Shown in pieces: positions 48,490-62,500 of a DNA stretch of 64,000 nucleotides. A model generated the notes under the pieces. The model was not told where the DNA came from and ran no database searches. It saw nothing but the letters and a program-made list of their open reading frames with translations. The number at the start of each line of letters is the position of its first letter. The stretch's first letter is position 1. The position numbers and the translations under genes are program-made. Source of the stretch: Sminthopsis crassicaudata (Eukaryota). The stretch is taken from assembly GCF_048593235.1 (NCBI RefSeq), contig NC_133618.1, forward strand, positions 457,257,294 to 457,321,293, written 5' to 3'.

Positions 48490-51174
48490 TTATTGTTTTA
48501 TCATTTTATTTTTATTACAATAAATATTTATCAATTAAGTGGAAAAATTAATACTAATTTTTATTTGCAATTTTAAATTCTCTTCTGTTCTGCCCTTCCC
48601 CCAATACAGTGAAAAGACAAATAGTATGATATCAATTATACATGCAGAGTCATGCAAAAGATGTTTCCATGTTAGCTGAATAATAATAATGATGATGATA
48701 ATGATAAATAAGAAATATAAAGAAAGCGAAAAAATGTACTTCAAACTGCACTCAGAGCTCATCAGTTCTCTTTCTGGAGGACGATAGCATTTTTCATTAT
48801 GGGTTCTTTGGAATTTTTTTGAATGACTATATTGATCAAACTCAAGTCTTTCATAGTTGATTATCATTATAATATTGCTATTACTATGTACATTGTTCTC
48901 CTGGTTCAGCTCACTTCACTTTGTATCAGTTAATATAATTTATCAGATTTTTTTGATAAATACTATTTAAATACTAAACAATCCTGCTGATTATTTCATA
49001 TAGTGAAATAGTATTACATCACAGTCATATACCACAACTTGTTCAGCCACTCTCTGATCAATAGGTATCCCTTCAATTTCCAATTTCTTTGCTACTATGA
49101 AAAGAGTAACTATGAATATTTTTGTACATATAGAGTGCTTTTCTTTCTTTTTTAAAACCTTTTTGGGAGATAGACCTCATAGAAATATTGCTAAGTTCAG
49201 TTTTATAGTGTTTTGGGAATAATTCCAATTTACTCTGCAGGTTAGTTGGATCAGTCCACAACTCCATCAAAAGTACAGCAGTATCCTATTTTTAAAATAT
49301 TCATTATTTTCATTTTATGTCACATTAGTCAATCTGATAGATATGATATGGTACTTCAGAGTTTTAAATTACATTTCTCTAATCAATAGTGATTTAGAGC
49401 ATTTTAATATGACAATAGAAAGCTTTAATTTCTTCTTGTGAAACCTGCTTGTTTATATCCTTCAACCATTTATCAAGAAGGGAATGACTCTTATCTTTAT
49501 AAATCTGGATCAGTGTCCTATATATTTATGAAATGAGGCTTTTATCAGAAGAATTTGTTTTAAAGATATTTCATGCTTTCCTTTTAATTTTGGCTATATT
49601 AGTTTTGTTTGTGTAAAATCTTTTTTTAGTTTTGTGTAATCAAAAGTATACATTTTACTTGTCATATGATCCTCTCCACCTCTTTTTAGTCATAATTTCT
49701 TCTCTTATCCATAGATCTGACAGGTAAATTCTTCAGTGCTCCCCTAATTTGCTTATAACATCATGCTTTATGTCTAATTCATGTACCCATTTTGAGTTTA
49801 TCCTGGGATATAGTTTCAAATGTTGTCTATGCCTAGTTTCTGCCAAACTGTTTTTCAATTTCCCTAGCAATTTTTGGTGAATTCTTTCCCTAAAAGCTTA
49901 AATCTTTGGATCTAACAAAAACTAGATCATTATGGTCATTTACCTCTGTGTATTGTGTACCAAATGTATTCAACTGATCTAGAACTTGGCCAGTAAGAGA
50001 TTGTTTTCATTATTATCACTTTGTAATATAGTTTCAAATCTGGAATTGCTAGGTCACCTTCATTCATTTTTGCTGGATAGGTAGGTTATTCTTGATTGTA
50101 ATCCCAGCTCTTTTGCTTTACAGAATATCATATTCCAGCCTTTGTTCCTTTAATGTGATAGCTGATAATTCTTGTATGACCATGGCTCCACAGTATTTTC
50201 TTGCTAGTTGAAATGTTTTCTTTTTGACCTGAAAGCTCTGGGATTTGGCAACAATATCCCTGGGAGTTTTCATCTTGGCATCTCTATTAGTGGGGATAAT
50301 TGGTGAATTCTATTTCTCTTTTACCCTGTAGTTCTAGAATAACAAGGCAGTTTTCCTCAATAATTTCTTGAAATGTTATTTCTAGGCTCCTTCTTTAATT
50401 TCGGCTTTCAAGTAGCTCAATAATTCTTAAATTATCTCTCCTTCACCTATTTGCCAATTCAGTTGTTCTTCTGATGAGATATTTCACATGTTCTTTTGCT
50501 TTACATTTAAATTTTTTTATTGTTTCTTGATGTCTCATTGACATTAGCTTCCACTCACTCAATTTTAATTTTCAAGGGAGTGTGAAATGGCTAAGCTTTA
50601 GGCTTTTTTTTTTTTCCACTGCTTTTAAGGAAATATGATATGGGGAGAGGTATGGCCACTCTTTTCTTGTGTCCAAAATGCTATTGTCCCTCAGGGTCCC
50701 TACTCTCTTATTACCAAAAGTGATACTTCCACTCAGGACTTCTGCTTCCTTATAATGATAAGAGTTTCTTTCCGCTCTGAAATTGTCACCAAGAAATAGG
50801 TCACAAAGAGATTGCCAAGCAGTGTCATGTTTTTGCCTAATGATAGTACAATGATTCTCTGTAATTTCTTTCTGACCAATATTCTTATTCCAATATTCCA
50901 ATATTCTTACCATTTCTGGTTTAAGAGCTCCTGAAGTTGCTGCTGCTGCTATTGCCATCTCCTAGGCCTCCCAATGATATTGTTGCCACAAAAGCTCTCC
51001 AACCCTGATATCACAAAATTCTTATCTCAAACTTATAAATTATCTTGATCTAGAAAAAATGTCTTACCCCAACCTTCTCTTGGCTCTGTTGATTTACAAT
51101 GTTATTAGAGGTGTTATTTTAAAGTTGTTTGGAATCAGTTCTTTCCTCTACTCCACTATATTGACTTTGCCCCC
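48490..51174 (-). mobile_element. Internally deleted L1 (about 2.7 kb) retaining the 5' terminus/5' UTR, ORF1 C-terminus, ORF2 C-terminus and 3' UTR
   Basis: The minus strand starts ggggcaaagtcaatatagtggagtag (L1 5' end-like) and has a gcagcagcaacttcaggagctc 5' UTR. ORF1 motifs end at RITY(L)PAK and join at about 50065-50071 to ORF2 EGDLAIPDLKLY, followed by ORF2-end and 3' UTR sequence. Confidence 0.75.
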
Positions 51175-53085
51175 ATAAGTCTGCTTTATTTTTTTTAAGA
51201 CATTGAAATACCTTCATTGTTGCATCTGACACAAGATTCTTTTTCCCTGTGGAGAACTTCAGTAGTTCAATCGTAAGAAGCTGAAGCTGTCTTTTCTTGA
51301 ACCAATCTCACAGATAGAAATACACCTAGATACCCAGGCTATTCTTGCAGGTCTACCTAACCATGTATTCTGAATTAATTTATATTACAAACCTGATTAA
51401 CTTCTTCTTTTGCTGTCTCATCATTGACAAAATAAATAAAACCAAATGTAACACAAATTTCCATAGCTTTTTGTTGCATCTTGGATTTCTAGCCTTGTTG
51501 TATAACACCCACAGAATATCAGAATTTAAGAATTGGAAGGAAGGACTATCTGGTCCAACTCATATATGACAGGAATTTCCACTATAACATGCTCCCAAAG
51601 TGGCCATCACATATCTTTTATGAAGATCTTCAAAAAGAAGAAATTCACCAAACCTTGAAAGTCTATTTTTTTCTAGTTCTAATTTCTGGGATTTTTTGAT
51701 ACTGAGACTAAATTTTGCCTCTTTCATCTTGACTCTATCCTATGGGGCCAAAGAGAACAAGTCTATTTTTACCATGTGACAGATCTTCAAATACTTGTAC
51801 AAGGCTATCCTATTTCTTTATCTCAACTCAGGTCTTTTTTATTTATTTATTATGCTGCTGCTTCTGGTTGACCTCCCCTTTCTCAAAGTATACTACCATA
51901 CCCCAAAGAAAATAATATTTAGAACTACAGGGAAACCCACAGATCATCCAGCCTGACCCCATCAATTTACAAATGGAAAAGTCAAGGCCAAGGGGGAACA
52001 CAATGCTTCTGCCTTCGTCCCACAGATTTTTAGGTAGCAGGGGCTTGATTTTCAATTCAATCTTGATTCCTAATCCCATGCTTTTTCTATCCCACCATAA
52101 GAACTCATGTTGATTGTTTTTGCATTTCTCCCTATCAGCCTATAGGCCCCAACTATTGTCCAAAGCTTTATTGAATCATCTAGTTTAAAGGAGAACTCTT
52201 ATGTCTCTGAGATCCCTGACCCAATCCCCTTCCCTCCCCTTTCTGGGCTGCTATCTCCCAGCTGTGAAATGGAGTCTCTGCTCGGCTGCAGCTCCAAGCT
52301 GTAAGGGAGTTGCCAATTTCACAGTTCATGCAGCTTCCGTTCCCCTCTGATTAATGGGTCGCTAGGAGCAGCGGGTGGGCACGGCCTGGCAACCATTACA
52401 TCAGCACCCTACTTTACCCTTTTTCTTGCCTTTTCCTCCTGTTCCCCTAGGGGGATGTTGCTTTCATCCATATGTATGTAGAAAAATAAATGATTTTGTA
52501 CTGTGTTCTTTAGAAAAACATAAATAAACTCTCACCCAAACCCCATACATTTCCCTCAATGGACTCATACTACCTCCAAGGGAAGAAAACAGAGTTACTG
52601 ACAATGTATGCATATTGGTCCAGGGAACAAATCTAGGGAATAACCTGGCCATACTATAAAACTCAAAGTGACCCAGGGGATAGGTATTATCCTATGTGCC
52701 CAGTGTATAAATAGGAAACAACACTGCCATTTATCAAAACCAACAAATTACACTAAAAAAAGCATAACTCTTAGGTTCAGAAGACCAGCTTATGAATCCC
52801 ACTTTGTAATTTCATAGATCTAAAACATTTGTTAAATTGTAATTTGCTAAAAGGCAAAAATTCAAATTTTCTGAGACTCAGTTTCCTAATATGTAAAATT
52901 GGGATAGTAATTTTGTGATACTTATCTCACATAGCTGTTGGGAGATGAATTAATTCAATTTAACATCTATTAAACATTAGTAAAGATCTTATAGATAAGA
53001 AAATAGGATGTAGGCCCAATTTTCAAGGACAAAAAAATCTCATAAAAACATGCTTTCTAAAATGCTACACACATATGAACTATTA

Positions 53086-53086
<1 letters not shown>

Positions 53087-53125
<39 letters not shown>
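53087..53125. repeat. (TTA)13 microsatellite
   Basis: Direct reading. Confidence 0.95.
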
Positions 53126-53126
<1 letters not shown>

Positions 53127-55654
53127 TAGTATCCTTATAATAAGACTATGAGGTTTTATGAAAATGAGTCCTACACTCCCCAATTTTTCTCAGAAGCTGT
53201 TTGGAGACAAGCAAAGCATGTCCAATAAATGGGGAACAAGCATGATGTTAGGGGATTGAGATTCTGTCAGAGACAGTTTGAATGGAGGACCTAGGGATGT
53301 TTAGTCTCAGGAAGATATTGCTTTGTAGGGTGTTTGGAATAAGGATTTGAGGAAAGCTTTCCTTAAATATTTGAAGAGCTATTTTATGGAACAGGAATTT
53401 GATTCATTCTACTTGGTCCCTAAGGGCCAAACAACAACCAATGTATATAGACATTGTAAAAGGGCATATTTAAGTTTAATTTCAAGAAATACTTCTTAAT
53501 AATCATCTACCTAAAAACAGAATAGGCTATCTTAGGGGGCAGACTTCTATACTGGAGGTGTTCAAGTAAAGTCCTGATGACTACTTGTTAGGGATGCTGC
53601 GGTTTGGATTAAGTCTTTCACATATCTCTTCCCTTTTGTCTCCCTGCTTCCTTTACCCATTTTACAGAAGAAGAACTGTAGTCACAAAGTAGGACTACAC
53701 AGATCATTGCCAAGGACACAGATGGTTATGACCAGCAATGAACGCAGATTGGAGAGCATCTAACCTTGTCCATGGTGCTAAGTGATGAACAGGGTAAGCT
53801 GGATAGGCCAATCATTAACATAATTATAATAGAGCTGATGCATCTGGATAGAGAGAGCTTCAGCAAGTGAACTCATTGCCCTGCCTACCTCTCTGGACTG
53901 TACTGAGGATCAAATGAGATAATGAATAAAAGCACTTTATGACTAAAAAGCCTATGAGATGTAACCTAAGCTTTAAAAGAATTTAGAGCTTTAGTGATGG
54001 AAGGGACTTCAGAACTCATTTTGTCAAATCTTCTCACTTTACAATTTAAGAAACTGAAACCAGATAGAGAAATGACTTGCACAATATCACAGGCTAGATC
54101 ACAGCAGAACTGGAACTAGAACCAAGATTTTCTGACTTCTAGCTTACTACTTCCCCCTTCATCAAATGATGCTATTATTATCAATGTCATTATCATCATC
54201 ATCATCACTACCCCTTTGGCATCCTGGACACATTGTGTTAACAAAGGAGAGTTATTCGATTTCCACAACACACTGCAGACATGTTCAACTTTCAAGTTAT
54301 CTTTATGTGTGAGAAAATTCCAAACTTACAACATATGGGGATGGTTCTTTGCATTACAAAAGGATTCCCTGTAGATTTCCTTTAAATAATGAGCTCCCCT
54401 GGTACATTTAAAATTGGACTTCATTTGCATACAACAGGAACACAGCTCTAAGGTTGCTTCCAGCTTGAACATTCTACATTCTATGCTCTTTTCTAGCTCT
54501 CAGGTCGTCTATTTTCAGGACATTTTTAGCTCAAACATTCCAGATTCTAAGGTCTTTTTCAGCTCTAAGATTCATCTATCCCCCTACTGTGAAAAGCCCT
54601 TTAATTTAAATTTTTCAGAAATAAGAAGAGACAAGAAACATTAAAAGAAAACTGTTGTGACTGGCCCTTCCCACCATCCATCCAATTCTGCAGATATGAA
54701 GAACTCAATTTATTTATGAGAATGATCAAGGAATTAGAAGGGATGGCAAGGTAGCATATGGTTCATTCAGCTTTCTTCTTCTGGGCCACTCAAAAGTACC
54801 TAAGTTAAAGGACTGCTGAACTGTTGAGTGATAGTTCAACTCCTTTAAGACTTCTCATATTCAGCAACCTCTAGATGTCTACTTTTTTTGTCCTTTGTCT
54901 CTTACTAGCTATGCTTGACCTTCAACCTTACCAGGTATAAGCTGCTGGGGTTTTCTTACCTTATTGATCTATATAATTTCAGCTTCTCAAAACCATTTCT
55001 CTTCTGCACCAGTTATTGACAAGGGTTTGCAAGTAGGTCAGGGCTTTATGTGGAGGCCTTTTCTCCATCCCGCCAAAAAAGAAAAGAAAGAAAAAAAACT
55101 TGTATAGTCCATAAATATACCCACATTAATCATGTTGTGTAAATTTTTGGCAGCCAAAGGAACAATGCTTTAGCTCAGGCTGACTTATGGTGTGTTGGTC
55201 CTGAGTCAAGTTCACATGCTTCCCTTAGGAAGGTTCATTTCATAAAATCATAGAATTCAAGGAGCTGAAAGTGGCATTATTCATTCAGTCCAATCCCCTA
55301 GCAGGTGGGGAAACTGAGGTTCAGAAAGGAAGAGTGAACTAATCATTAGTAATTTATAACAAGTTAAAAAGGAAAGAATTGCATTTATGGTCAGAGGACA
55401 TGCATTTAAATCTTAGTTCTCCCATATATTTCACTGGGCAAATCACAATTTCTCTGGGTTCCAGTTTCAAGACTAGAATATAAATGGAAATATTAACAAT
55501 AATTATATTGTTATTGTTAATAACAATATTGTAATAAGTAAAACTGACTAGAGAAAAAAGTTGAGAAAATATATCCTCCTCTTTTTTTGTAGAAGTAGAA
55601 GATTATGTACATTATCACACATGTTTGCCATGCTAATTAATTATACTAGACTTT

Positions 55655-55835
55655 TGTTTTTCCTTCCTTCCTTCTTCCCTTTTTTCCTTCTTCCCTCCCT
55701 TTCATTCTCCCTTTCATCCTTCCTTCTTTCTTTCCTTCTTTGCTCCCTCCTTTCCAAGGTTTTTTTCCTTCTTCCCTCCTTCCCTCCCTCCAGTTCTGTC
55801 CTCCTCTCTCTCTCCCTTCTTTCCTTTTTTTTTGT
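55655..55835. repeat. Polypyrimidine (CCTT/CT)n tract
   Basis: Direct reading. Confidence 0.9.
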
Positions 55836-56700
55836 CTTGGGAATGTCTCACTGAGTGGGAGAAAAAAAGCAAAAGGGGTATGCTGGAAACAACTCATAAG
55901 TCTAGAAAGAGAGAATTGCTAAATTTTCAGTGCAAGCTTTATGCCTCAAAAATCTACACATATTATAAACCAGGGCTTGATTTTTTTGTTGGCTGATTGC
56001 TTAGACTTAAGAAAGTGATGGAGAAAAAAATTAATAATGAAGATTAAATTTTAAAATGTTATTATTTGTATATTACCTTTACCCCACCCTTTCCTCCACT
56101 CCCAGCCAATTGTTAAAGATTTTCTAGCACACCTCTGGTGACAGGATATATTTTGAAGATGATATTAAAAAATATAAATACAATAAATGAGTTTGAATCG
56201 ATCAAGATGGTGTTGGGGTAGAATAATGACCTATGAAGTTTAAATCTATTTCTAATATTCCTTCCATCTCTATCATTCTTTGCTGAGATATTTAATGCAT
56301 TAAAGTCCTTTCCTGCTCTAAATAAGCATAATTCTAAGTTCGCAGTTTCATATATCAAGTATTCTTAAAATAGAACACTCTGCAAAACTTCTCATTAGAT
56401 AGATGCATTCTTATACTCTTAAATAATTTTTATGGACTATGTAACCAATTAGATATATAATAGTAAAATAAAGAACATAAGCTCTAGAATTAGTGAACTT
56501 GGTATCAAATCCCACATCAAATAATGATTAAATTTATTACTTTGTGCAAGTCATTTAACTTCCTTTTGCCTTATTTTCCTCATTTTAAAAATGAGATGAC
56601 ACTGAGAACCTTTCCACACCCTAAAACTATGATTTTATGAAATTATATATATTAAGAATCTACTACATAACCAATATGATGTAAACTCCTTGAGGACAAT

Positions 56701-56990
56701 GGGCAACAAGGTGATGCAGTGGATAAACCATCAAGCCTGGAGTAAGGAAGACTCATTTTCCTGAGTTCAAATGTGACCTTAGACACTTACTAGCAGTGTG
56801 ACTCTGGGCAAGTCACTTAATCCTGTTTGTCTCAGTTTCCTCATAAACTGTATAAGAGCATTACAATATCTTTGCCAGAAAAATTAAAACAAAACAAAAC
56901 AAAACAAAACAAAACAAAACAAAACAACAAAAAAAAAAACAAATGGAGTCATGAAGATTCAGAAATGACTGAAATGACAACAAAAAATTT
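56701..56990 (+). mobile_element. MAR1-type SINE containing an (AAAAC)8 microsatellite at 56886-56925
   Basis: Head gggcaacaaggtgatgcagtggata, CORE, and tail ggagtcatgaaga.tcag..atgactgaaa. Confidence 0.85.
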
Positions 56991-59119
56991 TGAAAACAAG
57001 ATGTGTTTCATGTCTTTCTTTAATTTTCTAACACTAGTACATAAATGCATTGCCTGGCTTGTAATGAGAACATAATAAACACTTGTTAATTTATAAAAGC
57101 TTGTAAAAATAGGAATAAAAGACAAATCCTTTTTGTTTCACAATTTCCCTGAAGGTTGGCCCTAAGTGGAAATCATCACTCTGGCTAATTCCAAGAAATG
57201 ATTAAAAATATTTTCATTAAGAACATCATAGTTACCAGGACCAGGAAAGCTAAGAGTTAATATAATTGCATCCCTCAAAGGTTTCTGTCTGACTCCTAAA
57301 GAAATTGTCACCTTGTGGGAATAATTCTGCCACTTCAGGGATGGCCAGATGTCAGGAATGGGGCTAGCATAAAGGTCACATTGAATATAAATATATCTGA
57401 TCCAGCAAATGCAATAACTTCTCCAAGAGGACAGTCTGGCCCAATGAGACAGAAATGTCTCTTTTTTCCCCTCAAACCTATCTGAGGGGAGGACACACAC
57501 CTTTTGGACAGTATGCAGTAGATTTATCTACCAAGAGTAGGTTTTTTATGTGACAGATAAGTAAGAGATTTAAGCCACCTAAAGAATCTCAGCCCTAATA
57601 AAAAATGCGGATTAGGTAAAATGTTCTTTTTTATGCCCTCCTAGCTATTATATTAGATTATATTGTATTATATTATGTCACATTACATTATATTATATAA
57701 CATTAAGTAAATCACTTTTTTCTCTGAGTTTCAGTTCCCACACTGAAGCAGCACAAAACTAGGCTCCTAAAATTAGAAGAGACCCTGGAGACTAGCTATT
57801 TGAATGTTCCCATTTCACTGATGAGAAAAATTAGATCCAGATAAACTAAATGAGCTGACTACTAGGTCACACGCTAGGAAATAAAGGAGTTGAAATTTGA
57901 ACTTGTTTCAAAGTTAGTACTGTTATTATTAGATATAGTAATAATAAGTCAACAGTAGCAGCAGCATAGCAGCTAGGGAGTACAGTGGATAAAGCATACA
58001 ACTTAGAGTCAAGGAGTTTTGAATTCAATCCTGATTCAGACACTAGCTGTGTAACTCTAGATAAATGATATAACCCCCAGCTTCTTAGCCTGTGGTTTTC
58101 GTCACTGAATGTGGGAGTCACAACATGATGTTTTTATAATCAGTGTTTGTAGTGTTATATTGACCAAATTAGTTGAAAATGTTAATTATCATGCTTTGTC
58201 AATGACAGCCTAGCAAACTTGTACAAAGAATAGTCTTGGTGGTATATATCCTTCTGGAGAGCTGAGTTCTTAAATATTGTTCCTCAACTATTTGCTACTT
58301 ATCTCTTGATATCCCTCTGCTCCACCAATGCCAAACAGAAGAATTTTTCAGTCACCAAAACACAGGGTTCTCCAGACAGGATGTGCCCAAACAATGCATT
58401 ACTTGAGGATGTAAAAACAAAAGGCAACATAACATTTCAGGTCGGAAACAGTTCCAGTAATGATTCTCAGTTAAACTGAATTTTGTCACTAGACTAATGA
58501 GTTTAGGAAGTATCACTGCCTAACCTCTCTGACAGACAGAAGTCCCACAAGGTGGGATAGAGGGAGAGTTTTTGGCTTTCCAAATATGACTTAGTGAAGC
58601 AAAAGGATCACTGGATTTAGGAGATTACTTAAGTACATTAAACATCATTTCAGGAAGTCCCAGAACCCTCCTTCCCCCCTAGTACAAATAATAGGGCAGA
58701 GGAGCCTTTTCTATTTTGGTAATTTTATTGGGTCCTCCCCCCCTTTATCTCAGGACAAACAACAAGAATGACAAAAACAACAACAAAAACAACCCAATTT
58801 TCTTCATGGACTTCATTTATGATCTTACTATAATCTTAGTAGAACTAGTCAGTATAACCAGATGAGTGTATATTACTTTTTCTTAAATGATAAAAAATAA
58901 TTAAAGGTCTATTTCTCTACTTTTGCTATTTTTCTCCAATGGACAGAGCACAATTTCTGAGCTCCAAATGGAAATTTTATTGAATGTCATTTGTATATCA
59001 AATGACATTTCTGAAACTTATATTTATATATTAAGAAAAGTTCAGGACTCCAGTCATCTCTCCCTATTTCTTCTATTTATCTGGCTGACTTTGGCAAGTT
59101 TCCTTCATCCCATTTTTTA

Positions 59120-60832
59120 CTAAGGAAGAGAAAAGCAAATGAAGGTGGCCTAGCTGTACCAGATCTAAAACTGTATTATAAAAATTATATTATTATATCA
59201 AATCCATTTGGTACTGGCTAAGAAATAGAGAAGTTGATCAGTGGACTAGGTTAGGTTCATAGAACAAAATATCCATGACTATAGCAATCTAGAATTTGGC
59301 AAACCCAAAAGTTTTTGGGATAAGAATTCAGTATTTGACAAAAACTGCTGGTCAAATTGGAAACTAGTATTGCAGAAAGTAGTCTTAGACCCACACCTAA
59401 CACCATGTAGTAAAATAAGGTCAAAATGGGTTCATGATCTAGATATAAAGAATGATGTTATAAACAAATTAGAAGAACATAGCATAGTTTAGCTCTCAGA
59501 TTTGTGGAGGAGGAAGGAATTTATGACCAAAGAACTAGAGATACTTATTGATCACAAAACACATAAGTTTGATTATATTAAGTTAAAAAGGTTTTGTACA
59601 AACAAATTTAATGCAGACAAAATTAGAAGGAAAGCAACTGGGAAAACATTTTTATATCCAAAGGATCTAATAAAAGCCTCATTTCTAAAATATATAGAGA
59701 ATTGACTGAAACTTATAATAGTTCAAGCCATTCTCCAATTGATAAATGATCAAAGGATATGAACAGACAATTTTCAGATGAAGAAATTGAAACTAAAAAA
59801 AAAAAAAAAAAAGAAATTGAAACTATTTCTAGCTACATGAAAAGGTGCTCTAAATCACTATTGATAAGAAAATTACAAATCAAGACAACTCTGAGATACC
59901 ACTATATACTTCTCAGATTGGCAAAGACGACAGGAAAAGATAATGACTAATGTTGGAGGGAATGTGGGAAAACTGAGACACTGATACATTACTGGTGGAA
60001 TTGTGAACAGATCCAGCCATTCTGGAGAATGATTTGGAACTATGCTCAAAAAGTTATCAAACTGTGCATACCCTTTGATCCAGCAGAGTTTCTACTGGGC
60101 TTATATCCCAAAAAGATCTTACAGGAGGGAAAGGGATCCACATGTGCAAAAATGTTTGTGGCAGTTCTCTTTATAGTTGCAAGAAACTGGAAACTGAGGG
60201 ATGCCCATCAATCGGAGAATGACTTGATATATGGTATATACCAAATTATGGTATATGAAGATTATGGAATATTATTGTTCTGTAAGAAACGACCAGCAGG
60301 ATGATTTCAGAAAGGCCTGGAGAGACTTACATGAACTGATGCTGAGTGAAATGAGAAGAACCAGGAGATTATTATACACAGCAACAAGAAGACTATACGA
60401 CAATCAATCCTGATGGTGGCTCTCTTCAGCATTGAGATGATTCAAACTAATTCCACTTGTGCAGTGATAAAGAGAACCATCTCCACTAAGAGAGAGAACC
60501 ATGGGAACAGAGTGTGGAACACAACATAGCATTCTCTCTCTGTTGTTATTTGCTTGCATTTTGTTTTCTTTCTCAGTTTTTCTTTTTCTTTCTTCTTGAT
60601 CTAGTTTTTCTTGTGCAACAAGATAATTGCATAAATATGTATACATATATTGGATTTAACATATATTTCAATATATTTCAATATATTTTAACATGTATTG
60701 GACTACCTGCCAGCTAGGGAAGGGGGTAGGGGTAAGGAAGATAAAATTTGGAACAAAAGGTTTTGCAAGGGTCAATATTGAAAAAATTAGCCATGCATAT
60801 GCTTTGTAAATAAATAGCTTTAACAAAAAAAA
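59120..60832 (+). mobile_element. 5'-truncated marsupial (dasyurid-type) L1, about 1.7 kb
   Basis: Begins at the ORF2 EGGLAVPDLKLYY motif and runs colinearly through the ORF2 C-terminus (MIWNYAQKVIKLCIPFDPA..LLGLYPK..., CAKMFVA.LF.VARNWK), the 3' UTR and an A-rich end. Confidence 0.92.
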
Positions 60833-60887
60833 TTGACCCCATGTCATCTTATTAACATGGCATGATACATTACAGTTCATAGGATTA

Positions 60888-61082
60888 NNNNNNNNNNNNN
60901 NNNNNNNNNNNNNNNNNNNNNNNNNNNNNNNNNNNNNNNNNNNNNNNNNNNNNNNNNNNNNNNNNNNNNNNNNNNNNNNNNNNNNNNNNNNNNNNNNNNN
61001 NNNNNNNNNNNNNNNNNNNNNNNNNNNNNNNNNNNNNNNNNNNNNNNNNNNNNNNNNNNNNNNNNNNNNNNNNNNNNNNNNN
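60888..61082. other. Assembly gap (195 N)
   Basis: Run of N. Confidence 1.
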
Positions 61083-61629
61083 GACCAGAAACTATTCTAA
61101 GAGCTGGAATAAACCTTAGATGTCATTGTCAAAGTCCTCTTTCTAGAGTTGAGTAACTAAATCTCAGAAAATTAAAATGACTTGTCCAAGCTCACACAGA
61201 TAGTAAGTAATAGAGGCAGGATGTGAATACTGGTCTGTTACCTTTTGTAACTAAGTCATCATAAATACATGTTGTTTCTCCTCTGTGAGCCTCAGTTTCC
61301 TCATTTGTCAAAAGATGTTTTGGATTAGATTAACTTCTAAAGTCCCTTTTCTGGTCTAGCATAAAATATACTTGAATTCTATTCAGCTCTAATCCTATTC
61401 AGCTTTAATATTATATATTCTAAGATTCCTTTCAGTTCAAACTGCATCATTCCATAATTCCAAGTCATAGATCAAGATAACAGAATTTTAAAGTTGAAAG
61501 GAATTTGGTAGCTATCTATACATTACTACATAGTCCCCTCTCCCTCATAAAAAGAAGGAAAAGAATAAAAGAGAATTTATTAACACTCATTCCATCAGTC
61601 ATCATTCTTTTGCTTAAAGATTTCCAGGG

Positions 61630-62500
61630 GGGAAAAACCTATTGCCTCCTGAGATAGTCCACTAGACTTCTGGAACAGTTTGATTATTTCACTTTCTGAC
61701 CTCTGGGCCCCACAATCCCTTTTGAACTCAGTAGCCCTTCTAGTATTTGAAAACATCTTTTACCTTCCCCTCATAATAAGCCTTCTTTATTTATTTATTT
61801 TATTTTCTAGACTAAGCATCCCAAATTTCTTTAGCAAATTCTTATATAATGGTCTCAGAGCCTTCCTTCTAGTTTTCTTCCACATATTAAAAATATTTCA
61901 GATGGGCTCTGGCCTAAGCACAGTACAACAGGAATATCACCTCCTGCTCAAAATCAGTGCTTCCCTATTAGTTAGTCACACATTTTGACCTTGTAGTTCA
62001 CTAAAATACCTAAATCATTTTCAGTCACATTATTTTTTAGCTATACCATATCTATTAGGTACTTAGGAAGTTGATATTTTCACCTTCTGGACATTTATTG
62101 TTATCAGATTCAATTTTATCATATTTTCCACTATGTGCTATCCTATTCATCTCTTTTTGGATTATAATTCTATCACGTGGTTGATAAGCTATCCATTCCA
62201 GCTTTGTATCTTCTCAGCCAGTTTGATAAATGTGTAAGTAGAGGTATCAAACACATGGCCTAGGGAATACATTGCCCCCTGGGGGGGGAACATGTTTGGC
62301 CAAGTAAAAATAAAATGTTTTTGAGAAATATTTAATAAAAATACAGTGAAACATAGATAAATCAAAATAGTGGTTTTCTAAGTCAATTGCTGAGATTCTT
62401 ATTATGGCTTAGTAGTTACTCTTTCTATTTGAGTTTGACTCCACTGATCCAAATCATTGATAAAAATGTTACACAGCAGAGATCCAAGTACCTCACACTG
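61630..62500 (-). mobile_element. CR1/L3 relic interrupted by a hAT-like MITE
   Basis: L3 antisense motifs, including atccaaatcattgataaaaatgtt (NIFINDLD) at about 62445-62470. Confidence 0.7.
62240..62410. mobile_element. hAT-type MITE fragment nested in L3
   Basis: agaggtatcaaacacatggcc... start, and a body (aaatatttaataaaaatacagtgaaacatagataa...gtggttttctaagtcaat) typical of marsupial hAT MITEs. Confidence 0.55.

Noticed and set aside
50572-50958. 128-aa ORF starting MAIAAAATSG as a processed pseudogene
   Set aside because: The underlying DNA matches a marsupial L1 5' UTR (gcagcagcaacttcaggagctc...) and is contiguous with L1 ORF1 remnants.
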